Below are positions 8,851 to 16,653 of a stretch of 64,000 bases of DNA, one piece after another; positions within the stretch are counted from its first letter, which is position 1; every line of letters begins with the position of its first letter. Under the pieces are notes generated by a model that was not told the DNA's origin, did not search any database, and saw nothing but the letters and a program-made list of their open reading frames with translations. Source of the DNA: Clostridia bacterium (GTDB lineage: Bacteria > Bacillota > Clostridia > Oscillospirales > CAG-272); assembly GCA_017481595.1 (NCBI GenBank), contig JAFUOY010000014.1, positions 64,569 through 128,568 on the forward strand, in the 5' to 3' direction. Both the position numbers and the translations under genes were made by a program.

Positions 8851-11028
8851 TTATTTCACTCTTGAAAGATAAATTCCGCTTATTGCAAGCATAATAAGCA
8901 TCCATGGGAAATAGGAAAATCCTATTAAGATAGCGGGGATATGAGGCAAAACCTCAAACACCGACAATCCCAATATGAAAAGTCCCGTAAAGGATGCCAA
9001 CACTTTAACTGTAAGAGCCGCCTTTCTGATTTTGGTTATATTTTTACAAACAGGGATAGCCTTAAGAAGCGCTCTTGAACGTCCCTTTGACGCAATACCG
9101 CTATCAATCTTTTCTATCACCTTTGGAATCTGTTCATTGTTCGTAAGCTTAATTACGCAAAGCTCAGATTTTTTGAATATGGTTTGTCTTGCTATTATTT
9201 CATTGTTAAGGTTGGGGTCAAAGGTACGTATCATAACGGATGTGCCGTGCTTATTCAAGGTACGTACAATGTGCGCAAACTCCTCATCTATTAAATACTG
9301 AACGTAGATCTTTGCGCAAAGGGTGCCGTTGCAAGCCATATACATAATGCTGACCTCTTCACCGTAGTCCTCATTTTCCGCAGGAACCTCGATTCCCTGT
9401 GAAGCCATACCGTAACGGTCTGCAAAGATAAGGGTGTCGTTGTCTATTTTTACGCAGAAATAGCTTCTTCCCGAGCAGATAAACTTGGAGCGCTTGCTCT
9501 TTTGCATAGCTTCTCTCGTGGCAGAATCAAACACCGCCTCCAAGGGTCCGCCCACTACGCTGAAGCCGCAGGATGCGTAATACAACACCTTTTCCATATC
9601 AAAATCATTGTATATTTTCAGATTTTTAAGCTTAACATTATAGGGAGGGAACGCGGTGGTATCCACAACGGAAACTACCTTAACGTCAGAAAATTCCTCT
9701 ATGGTTTCTTCACCAATGATAGCAACCTCATCATTGAAAAGCTTTTTGTTTCCGAGAAGAAACGGTACGCTGTACGTAAACAAAAATCCAACGGGAACTG
9801 CAAGTAAAAAGCCCTTGTACCATATTGCAAGAACGTCGGTAAGCAAGTATCCTCTTATAACGGCAATAACGAAAAGAACAAGAGGCGCAGCCAAAGCCGC
9901 AAGAGCATATGCATCTACAATGGTCTTTACGTTTGCGGGCTGATTGGTTTTCGAGAAATAGCCCTTTACAAAATTAGCCTTATCTATTTTAACGATATTT
10001 ACATTACCTGTTATACCGTCACCTGTGGTAGTAAACGCCTCGTATTCCACCTCTGCTTCATCTCCGGACACCTTGTTTACAACGAATTTGGTATCCTTGG
10101 ACGAAATCACGCTGAAGCCATATTTTTCTCTTACCACGTTGATATAGGAATATATAAGTGACAAAAGACAAATGAGGGCAACGGGGAAATTATATAAATA
10201 CTGCTGATATCCGAAGGGAACGAATATAAGGGTTATAAGCGAGTAGATAAATGCTACAAAGCAGGCGTATACCGATATGCTCTCCGGTATGTGATCCTTT
10301 GCAAGTATAGCCTTACCTCCGTAATACAGCTGCTCATACGCGCACGCCATACATCCAAGAAAAATAACTATATCCGCAAAGAAGAATATGTAAGGATGGG
10401 ACGGAATATCAATAAGCTCGTATAATGCGGGAGAAAATACATTTACGTTTTCAACAAACATAAGTAAAAGGGTAAGCACGGATGCAATAATAATTTTTAT
10501 TTTAATGCTCTTTCTTGCATACTTGTACATTCCTATGATTTCTTTTCTCTGCTGTCTGTCTGTATATTCGTAATAATCCGAATGTATATCTCCCTGAAGA
10601 GCCTCAATTTCCGTGGTGGTCTGATTTGTTTCCTCCATAGATACGCTCTTATGAGTGTTTTCTATGAAGCCAAAGGTCTTCATAAAGCTATGCTCTGTTT
10701 CAGCGGTATTTGCGTAGGTATCGTCAAATTTAGCAACGTAGTCACCGCTTTCTTCACGTCTGTCCCACGAAAATTTAGGCGGATCTACGTTTTCTCCGCT
10801 TTTCTTTATACTGTCGGAAACCTTTTTAAACACCTCTTGATTAGGTGAAATAAGATCGGTGTCACCATCCTCTTCATCAATATCCATTTTAAGCAATGCT
10901 TCATCTATCTTCATATTTGCAGGATATTTCTGATATGGCTTCCTTTCTTTATTCTGGGCGGGCTTAGTCGGTTCGATACGCTCTACCTCGCCTACGTCCA
11001 TTTCAAGCTGACTAAATTTATTTTCCAT
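8851..11028 (-). CDS. Membrane protein of unknown function; acidic disordered N-terminus plus a degenerate P1B-type-ATPase-like body
   Basis: ORF track 8851..11064. I prefer ATG 11028 (MENKFSQLEMD), which overlaps the rlmB stop as TAATG and has GAGGG upstream. Multiple TM segments. Motif-position matches to P-type ATPases are listed in the findings. Confidence 0.55.
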   Translation of the reverse strand: MENKFSQLEMDVGEVERIEPTKPAQNKERKPYQKYPANMKIDEALLKMDIDEEDGDTDLISPNQEVFKKVSDSIKKSGENVDPPKFSWDRREESGDYVAKFDDTYANTAETEHSFMKTFGFIENTHKSVSMEETNQTTTEIEALQGDIHSDYYEYTDRQQRKEIIGMYKYARKSIKIKIIIASVLTLLLMFVENVNVFSPALYELIDIPSHPYIFFFADIVIFLGCMACAYEQLYYGGKAILAKDHIPESISVYACFVAFIYSLITLIFVPFGYQQYLYNFPVALICLLSLIYSYINVVREKYGFSVISSKDTKFVVNKVSGDEAEVEYEAFTTTGDGITGNVNIVKIDKANFVKGYFSKTNQPANVKTIVDAYALAALAAPLVLFVIAVIRGYLLTDVLAIWYKGFLLAVPVGFLFTYSVPFLLGNKKLFNDEVAIIGEETIEEFSDVKVVSVVDTTAFPPYNVKLKNLKIYNDFDMEKVLYYASCGFSVVGGPLEAVFDSATREAMQKSKRSKFICSGRSYFCVKIDNDTLIFADRYGMASQGIEVPAENEDYGEEVSIMYMACNGTLCAKIYVQYLIDEEFAHIVRTLNKHGTSVMIRTFDPNLNNEIIARQTIFKKSELCVIKLTNNEQIPKVIEKIDSGIASKGRSRALLKAIPVCKNITKIRKAALTVKVLASFTGLFILGLSVFEVLPHIPAILIGFSYFPWMLIMLAISGIYLSRVK

Positions 11029-11900
11029 TATTTTCCCTCTCTTTGAATCCTTGCCGCGTGACAAAGTATTACAGATGCGGCAGTAGACACGTTTAGTGAA
11101 TTAACTTGTCCGTACATAGGAATGGAAACAATATAATCGCTTCTCTCCTTTATAAGTCTTCCTACGCCGTTACCCTCAGAGCCGAGAATAATGGCGGAGG
11201 CGCAATTGAAATCTGTTTCATAATAGGGTGTGCCACCCGCTTCGGAAGCGAATATCCATATGCCCTTCTTTTTCAGTTCCTCAATGGTAGTGGCAATATT
11301 GGATACCTTGGCAATAGCCATATGCTCAATAGCTCCCGCAGAAGATTTGTACACGGCGGGAGTAATACCAACTGCGTGGCGTTTGGGAATAATGATACCG
11401 TGGGCGCCCGCGCACTCCGCGCATCTGATTATTGCGCCGAGATTATGAGGATCCTCAATACAGTCGCAAATTACTATAAGAGGCTTCTCTCCTCTTTCCT
11501 CCGCGATCTTAAGTATATCGTCAACGTCAACGTAATCCTTCATCGCTGCCATAGCTACAACGCCCTGATGATTTACTCCTCCGCTTAAAAAGTCCAGCTT
11601 TCTCTGCTCAACCTCAACAACGGGGATCTTTTTCTCAAGAGCCTTGGCAACTATAACGGTTATAGAACCCTCGTGTGTACCCTTGCGCACGTAAATTTTA
11701 TCTATGGTTCTGTCGGACTTCAAAAGCTCGGCAACCGCATTTCTGCCGCTGACAATACCGCAATTGCTTTCTTCATTATCAAAGCTTCTTTCATTGTCAA
11801 AGGCAGGTCTTGTATCTACAGCTCTCTTTTCCTTATTAGTTTTGTTAAAGGACTGCTTTGCGCCTTTATTAAAATTTCTTTCGTTTTTCAATTCTATCAC
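11028..11900 (-). CDS. rlmB: 23S rRNA (guanosine-2'-O)-methyltransferase, RlmB/TrmH (SpoU) family
   Basis: GRNAVAELLKS..., DPHNLGAIIRCAECAGAHGIIIP, SLNVSTAASVIL are SpoU methylase motifs. There is a basic N-terminal extension of about 45 aa. The start codon is uncertain (GTG 11900 or TTG 11891). Confidence 0.85.
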   Translation of the reverse strand: MIELKNERNFNKGAKQSFNKTNKEKRAVDTRPAFDNERSFDNEESNCGIVSGRNAVAELLKSDRTIDKIYVRKGTHEGSITVIVAKALEKKIPVVEVEQRKLDFLSGGVNHQGVVAMAAMKDYVDVDDILKIAEERGEKPLIVICDCIEDPHNLGAIIRCAECAGAHGIIIPKRHAVGITPAVYKSSAGAIEHMAIAKVSNIATTIEELKKKGIWIFASEAGGTPYYETDFNCASAIILGSEGNGVGRLIKERSDYIVSIPMYGQVNSLNVSTAASVILCHAARIQREGK

Positions 11901-11984
11901 CCAACCATAAAATAATATTCATAGTTATTTTATCATATTTATATAATTTTGTACAGACTTTTTTGGAAAATAAAAAAATAAAAA

Positions 11985-12013
11985 CGGGCCTTTATGAATA
12001 AAAGCCCGTTTTT
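11985..12013 (-). terminator. Hairpin terminator downstream of the zinc-ribbon gene
   Basis: AAACGGGC...GCCCGTTT stem flanked by an A-run and a T-run. A second small GGCG-CUUG-CGCC tetraloop hairpin lies at 12059..12070. Confidence 0.65.
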
Positions 12014-12104
12014 ATCAAATCCTAAATTTTTTAAGAACAAAAATATATACCAAACGACGGCGCAAGCGCCTTCATAAGTTAGTTATTCCCGTAAATGCGA
12101 AATA

Positions 12105-12380
12105 TTAGAGATTTTTCATTTCAGCGAAGCACTCACTGCAGTATACAGGTCTGTCGCTGTTAGGCTGGAAAGGAACCTTAGCTTCCTTGCCGCACTTTGC
12201 ACAAGTTGTGGTAAACATTTCACGAGGAGCCTTAGCCGCATTCTTCTTTGCGTCTCTGCAAGCCTTACATCTCTGAGGCTCGTTCTGGAAGCCCTTTTCC
12301 TGATAGAATTCCTGCTCACCTGCTGTGAATACGAATTCCTGTCCACAATCTTTGCACTTTAATGTCTTGTCCTGAAACAT
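12105..12380 (-). CDS. CxxC-x17-CxxC zinc-ribbon domain protein
   Basis: 91 aa with two Cys4 units: CKDC...CKAC and CAKC-x17-CSEC. AAGGAGAAAAAAGA precedes the ATG. Matches the small zinc-ribbon family common in Clostridia. Confidence 0.75.
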   Translation of the reverse strand: MFQDKTLKCKDCGQEFVFTAGEQEFYQEKGFQNEPQRCKACRDAKKNAAKAPREMFTTTCAKCGKEAKVPFQPNSDRPVYCSECFAEMKNL

Positions 12381-12429
12381 TCTTTTTTCTCCTTACCTTT
12401 GGGTAGAAATTATTTATACAAAGCTTTCG

Positions 12430-12984
12430 CTAAGTACCGTTGTTTGCGATCCGTTTAAGCTTAGCCTTTATTCTGTAAATGGCGTTATTAACGGATTTTT
12501 CACTCTTACTCATCTTAAGTGAGATCTCTTTGGCTCTTTCACCCGCTATATAGCAGGCAAAAACCTTTTTTTCATAAGCTGATAAGTAATCCTGGGCATG
12601 GGAAAAAAGTTGCTTTTCAAGTTCACGCACTATCAGGGCATCCTGAGGATTTTCACTACCGTAATCTTCTTTTGAATCAGATCTTTTTTGTCGCTTTTTA
12701 GAGTTGAGTACACGGACGCAGGAAACAAGCTTGTTTCTTACGCAGATTTTTGCATAAGCGCCGAAGGTAATACCGCTGTCCTCATTAAAGGTGAGAACAG
12801 AATTGTAAAACGCCATCTTTGCTTCCTGCAAAAAATCGTCATATTGCCGTGACGGTGTATTGCACATATCAGAATATTTTCGAGCCATACTTATAAGCAG
12901 GGAGTTATATTTATTAAGCAAGACCTCAAAAGCGGAGTCGTCTCCCGACCTTGCCTTTTCCACAACCGTTAAAATATCCGTCAT
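12430..12984 (-). CDS. Sigma-70 family RNA polymerase sigma factor (SigH-like)
   Basis: Region 2 resembles SigH (DDFLQEAKMAFYNSVLTFNEDSGITFGAYAKICVRNKLVSCVR). Region 4 HTH is ERAKEISLKMSKSEKSVNNAIYRIKAKLKR. ATG 12984 is preferred (GGAG 8 nt upstream). The SigH assignment itself is tentative. Confidence 0.7.
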   Translation of the reverse strand: MTDILTVVEKARSGDDSAFEVLLNKYNSLLISMARKYSDMCNTPSRQYDDFLQEAKMAFYNSVLTFNEDSGITFGAYAKICVRNKLVSCVRVLNSKKRQKRSDSKEDYGSENPQDALIVRELEKQLFSHAQDYLSAYEKKVFACYIAGERAKEISLKMSKSEKSVNNAIYRIKAKLKRIANNGT

Positions 12985-13123
12985 ATGCACTACTCCAATA
13001 TAAAAATATTATAGCAACATAATTTACCTGTGTCAAGCATTTTTTCACATATTTTTGAAAAAATACAAAATTTTTTGTCTTTTTTTGTGTAAAATAACCA
13101 ATTCGTACAATAAAAATCAGATT

Positions 13124-13678
13124 TTACTCGAAAATATAATTGGTTTCTCCCGATACGAGAGCAAGAGTACCGCGATATACGATTTCAGGTCTGCGATTGA
13201 AGTTGCGCACCATACGGTCAGCCTCAAGCTTGGAATCAACCTCAACGTTAATATCAAGCACCTTTCTTCCTCTTTCGGCAATTTCACAATGTACCATATA
13301 TTTACCGTTATCAAGCTCCTTGATATACGAATTTGTGGTAGCCCCTCTCTTTTCAAAGGAAAGGTGTCTTATGGCACTTCTGTAGCTTGATTCTCTTATG
13401 CTTGATGCAATGGTATCGCTTAGCTCTACCGCTATTGTCTTTCCTGTGGGAGAAACGATATACAAGCTTTCCTCCTCGCCCTCTTCCTTAGGAAGCTCGG
13501 TAATGTGATTTGCATCAACAAGCTCTGTAAAGCAGTCGCCACATTCAAAATAGCTTACTATATTTTCCTGATACAATATACTGCAAACGTCATTAAATTT
13601 GACAGGGTATCCTATTCTGTCCATGAGATAAAGAATAAAGATTTTTATCTCATTTTTATCTTTCATAAAATTACTCAC
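13124..13678 (-). CDS. DUF4364-like protein (predicted winged-helix N-terminus)
   Basis: 184-aa ORF. N-terminus NEIKIFILYLMDRIGYPVKFNDVCSILYQENIVSYFE resembles the DUF4364 family as I recall it. The start is uncertain (GTG 13678 or ATG 13666). Confidence 0.45.
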   Translation of the reverse strand: MSNFMKDKNEIKIFILYLMDRIGYPVKFNDVCSILYQENIVSYFECGDCFTELVDANHITELPKEEGEEESLYIVSPTGKTIAVELSDTIASSIRESSYRSAIRHLSFEKRGATTNSYIKELDNGKYMVHCEIAERGRKVLDINVEVDSKLEADRMVRNFNRRPEIVYRGTLALVSGETNYIFE

Positions 13679-13769
13679 TTAAACATCCCCTTTTTTAGTC
13701 GATACATATTTATGATATCACAATTTTATCCCTTATTCAACTTTATTTTATAAAAAAGAGGAAAATTTT

Positions 13770-14534
13770 ATGAAAAATATGCGTTACACGGACCTTGCCT
13801 GCGAGGAAAACGCCGAAAAACAAAAATCATATGAAATATATACAAAGGAATTGTACGGCATTACTACCATAAATTTTGTATCGAGGGAAAGCCTTATTAC
13901 GGAAAATATAACTCTTTATACGGGTAAATGCTGGAAGTATAACAAGGAATATGTAAGCTCGGTAATAAACGCTTTGTCTTTGTGTATTTCCTCTATGGTT
14001 TTTCATCACGGTAAAGGCTCACACAGGATACTTATTGCAGGGTTGGGAAACAGAAGCATAAGATCCGATTCCCTTGGTCCCTCCGTTGTGGATATGCTGT
14101 ATCCTGCGGTGGATAAGGATAAATTTGAAAATGAAATAAGGCTTATTTGCGCAGGTGTGGAGGGGCAAAGCGGATTTTCCTCCTTTGAGCTTGTTAAGGA
14201 GGCATCGGAAATGATGGATGCTTCTATGATAATAGCAATAGATTCTCTCTGCGCCATGGGGGCGGACCGACTTGCCTCAACGATACAGCTTTCCGCTACG
14301 GGAATATTACCGGGCAGCGGAATAGGAAATCATAAAAAGGAAATAAGCAAAAATACCCTTGGTATTCCTGTAATTTCCATAGGCGTGCCTACGGTATCAA
14401 ATCTTGGAGCGCTTACAAAAAGCGAGGAGCTTTGCGGTCTTTACATTTCTCCCAACGATATCGATTTTACAATAGAATCAATGTCCGAAATAATATCCGC
14501 ATCTATTTTAAATTCCCTTTATAAAAAAACATAA
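13770..14534 (+). CDS. gpr: GPR endopeptidase (spore germination protease) family
   Basis: RYTDLACE near the N-terminus, then ILIAGLGNRSIRSDSLGP, IIAIDSLCA, IQLSATGILPGSGIGNHKKEISKNTLGIPVISIGVPTV. These parallel the Bacillus GPR motifs. GAGGAAAA lies upstream. Confidence 0.75.
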   Translation: MKNMRYTDLACEENAEKQKSYEIYTKELYGITTINFVSRESLITENITLYTGKCWKYNKEYVSSVINALSLCISSMVFHHGKGSHRILIAGLGNRSIRSDSLGPSVVDMLYPAVDKDKFENEIRLICAGVEGQSGFSSFELVKEASEMMDASMIIAIDSLCAMGADRLASTIQLSATGILPGSGIGNHKKEISKNTLGIPVISIGVPTVSNLGALTKSEELCGLYISPNDIDFTIESMSEIISASILNSLYKKT

Positions 14535-14580
14535 GGGAGTGAAAATACACTCCCTCTCTCTCTGTTTGCAATTCTGTATT

Positions 14581-15183
14581 TTAATTCAGAAGCTCGAATG
14601 AAAAATCAGTATTCAAGGATGCAAAGCGCTCTATGGCATTTTCGTTGCATAAGCATTTAAGATGCTCCCGCACGTAATATGCATAGGGAGATTTTAACTG
14701 CCTTGCATATTCGTTTAGAAAAGCAAAGCGCATCTCCTTTGAGGATATGCCCTGACACAAAAGATAGTATTTATATTTTTCCGTATCGTAGTACACCTGT
14801 GAGTCGGTGTCTGTATTTACGTTACTCAATCTGCTGCACGCATCCATAAGCGTATTTATATCGTCAAATCTGTATACGTTTATGTAGGATGCGCTCTTTT
14901 TTTGTCCTGCGGGCGCCGTTCTGTCCTTGTACATATTATTCTCCTCCGTACCGCTTATAAAGACCTCACAGCCGTTATTTTTTGCAGGGTATACCTGTAT
15001 TAAAAGATTTTCGTTTTTTATATCCACGCTTTCCTGTTTTGCAATATCATCTATAAATTCGTCAACGGATCTTGATATTTCATCATCCGTCAATTCCCTG
15101 TCGTTTATAAAATTGTATTTTTCACTCTCTTCCTCGTTAAGTATTATCTTAAAGGTTTTAAATCTGATCTTAATAATTTCCAT
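14581..15183 (-). CDS. MecA-like adaptor protein
   Basis: MEIIKIRFKTFKIIL start, LLIQVYPAKNNGCEVFI, YRFDDINTLMDACSRL and a YYL...EYA...EH C-terminal pattern parallel B. subtilis MecA. GGAGAA lies upstream. Confidence 0.55.
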   Translation of the reverse strand: MEIIKIRFKTFKIILNEEESEKYNFINDRELTDDEISRSVDEFIDDIAKQESVDIKNENLLIQVYPAKNNGCEVFISGTEENNMYKDRTAPAGQKKSASYINVYRFDDINTLMDACSRLSNVNTDTDSQVYYDTEKYKYYLLCQGISSKEMRFAFLNEYARQLKSPYAYYVREHLKCLCNENAIERFASLNTDFSFELLN

Positions 15184-15329
15184 AGTATTTCTCCGTTATT
15201 AACATTATACAAGAAAGATTTACTTTTGTGCAAGGAACAATTTCTGTTATTTTTTCCTTTTTTACTTCCCTTCGTCATTATTTTCAAGCCTTAGAAATAT
15301 ATTGTAGTAAAAAGAATACGGAGGCGAAA

Positions 15330-16607
15330 ATGAAAAAATTTTTATTATTTATTCCCCTTTGCATTTTTATGTTTACCATAAGCATATTTGCAACGGAAAG
15401 AATATCTCCCGCCCTTGACGTTATAGCCTATGAAAACGAGATGGTCAAGGCAGGAGTGATCTATGACGGAGAAATAACCTTTGACGTAAATGATTTTGAC
15501 AACGCACTTGGTACAAATGCAAAATCCATAACTGTAAAAACTCTGCCCGATGAAAACGAGGGCAGATTGATGGTGGGTAATCTTTACGTTGTGGAAAACC
15601 AGGTAATCTACAGAGAGGATTTTCCATTCTTAAAATTTATTCCCAAATCAAATAAGGAGGGCAGCTGCTCCTTTACGTTCGTGCCTAACAAAAGCGGTTA
15701 CGCAATGCTATGTACGTTAAAGGTAATAGAAAGCACGAATTTTTCTCCCGTTGCAACAAACGGTAACGAGGTATACGCCTGGACACAAACGGATATTTCT
15801 ACCTTTGGCACTCTTAAGGGCTACGATCCCGACGGAGATAGCTTAAGATTTGAGATCACCTCTCTTCCCAAAAAAGGACTTATAGAAATAACCAATACGG
15901 CAACGGGTGACTACAAGTACACTCCATATGAAAAGGCAAACGGAAACGATTCCTTTACCTACAGAGTCCGTGACTGCAACGGAAATTACTCCGAGGAAAT
16001 AAAGGTAAATATGAATATAAAAAAGCTTAAGGCGGATTTTGTATTTTCGGATATGAAAAACAGCACCGCGCTTAATGCGGCAATTATAGTTACGGACAAT
16101 AATCTTATGAAGGTATCTGCAAACAAAAACGGCACTCTGTCCTTTAATCCCAAGGAAAAGGTTACAAAGGAGGAGTTTATAGTTCTTGTTATGAGAGCAA
16201 TGGGAGCAAAGGACGTTCCCGTCCTTCAAACAACGAGATTTGCCGACGATAAGGATATCAAGGATGAATACAAGGGCTATATAGAGGGCGCGTTTTCCCT
16301 TGGAATTATTGAGGGAGAAAGAAAAGCGGACGGAATACATATAAATCCCAAGGGAACTATTTCCATTGCTGAGGCGGCGGTTATAATCAACAGAATTATC
16401 GGCGCGGAATCCTCATGGACAATGACGGTTTTCCACGATATGGACGATATCCCTGCTTGGGCGCTTAAGGACATTACCTCTCTTACGGAGCTTGGCATAT
16501 TATCAAAGGTAAACGGCAAAATAAACCCCAATTCTCCACTCACCCGTGAACAAACCGCTAAAATTCTTATGTCACTTTTAGAATACCAAGGAAAGCTGAA
16601 GCGCTAA
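15330..16607 (+). CDS. Secreted cell-wall protein: signal peptide, cadherin/Ig-like domain, C-terminal SLH repeats
   Basis: Start moved to MKKFLLFIPLCIFMF (GGAGG 6 nt upstream). DPDGDSLRFEITS...GNDSFTYRVRDCNGNYSE is a cadherin-like module. Three SLH-like repeats follow (FSDMKNS..., FADDKDIKDEYKGYIE..., FHDMDDIPAWALKDI...LTREQTAKIL). Confidence 0.75.
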   Translation: MKKFLLFIPLCIFMFTISIFATERISPALDVIAYENEMVKAGVIYDGEITFDVNDFDNALGTNAKSITVKTLPDENEGRLMVGNLYVVENQVIYREDFPFLKFIPKSNKEGSCSFTFVPNKSGYAMLCTLKVIESTNFSPVATNGNEVYAWTQTDISTFGTLKGYDPDGDSLRFEITSLPKKGLIEITNTATGDYKYTPYEKANGNDSFTYRVRDCNGNYSEEIKVNMNIKKLKADFVFSDMKNSTALNAAIIVTDNNLMKVSANKNGTLSFNPKEKVTKEEFIVLVMRAMGAKDVPVLQTTRFADDKDIKDEYKGYIEGAFSLGIIEGERKADGIHINPKGTISIAEAAVIINRIIGAESSWTMTVFHDMDDIPAWALKDITSLTELGILSKVNGKINPNSPLTREQTAKILMSLLEYQGKLKR

Positions 16608-16621
16608 TAATTTAAATACAA

Positions 16622-16647
16622 AAGGACGGATTTGCTCCGTCCTTTTT
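16622..16647. terminator. Bidirectional hairpin terminator
   Basis: AAAAGGACGGATTTGCTCCGTCCTTTTT between convergent genes. Confidence 0.75.
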
Positions 16648-16653
16648 CTATCA

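Noticed and set aside
15228-15329. Upstream extensions of the SLH protein ORF, and of the RqcH ORF (18403..18534).
   Set aside because: Both extensions lack an SD. The SLH extension precedes a perfect SD plus a signal-peptide start. The RqcH extension overlaps the upstream GNAT gene, whereas the NFACT N-terminus begins at MAFDAIMMG.
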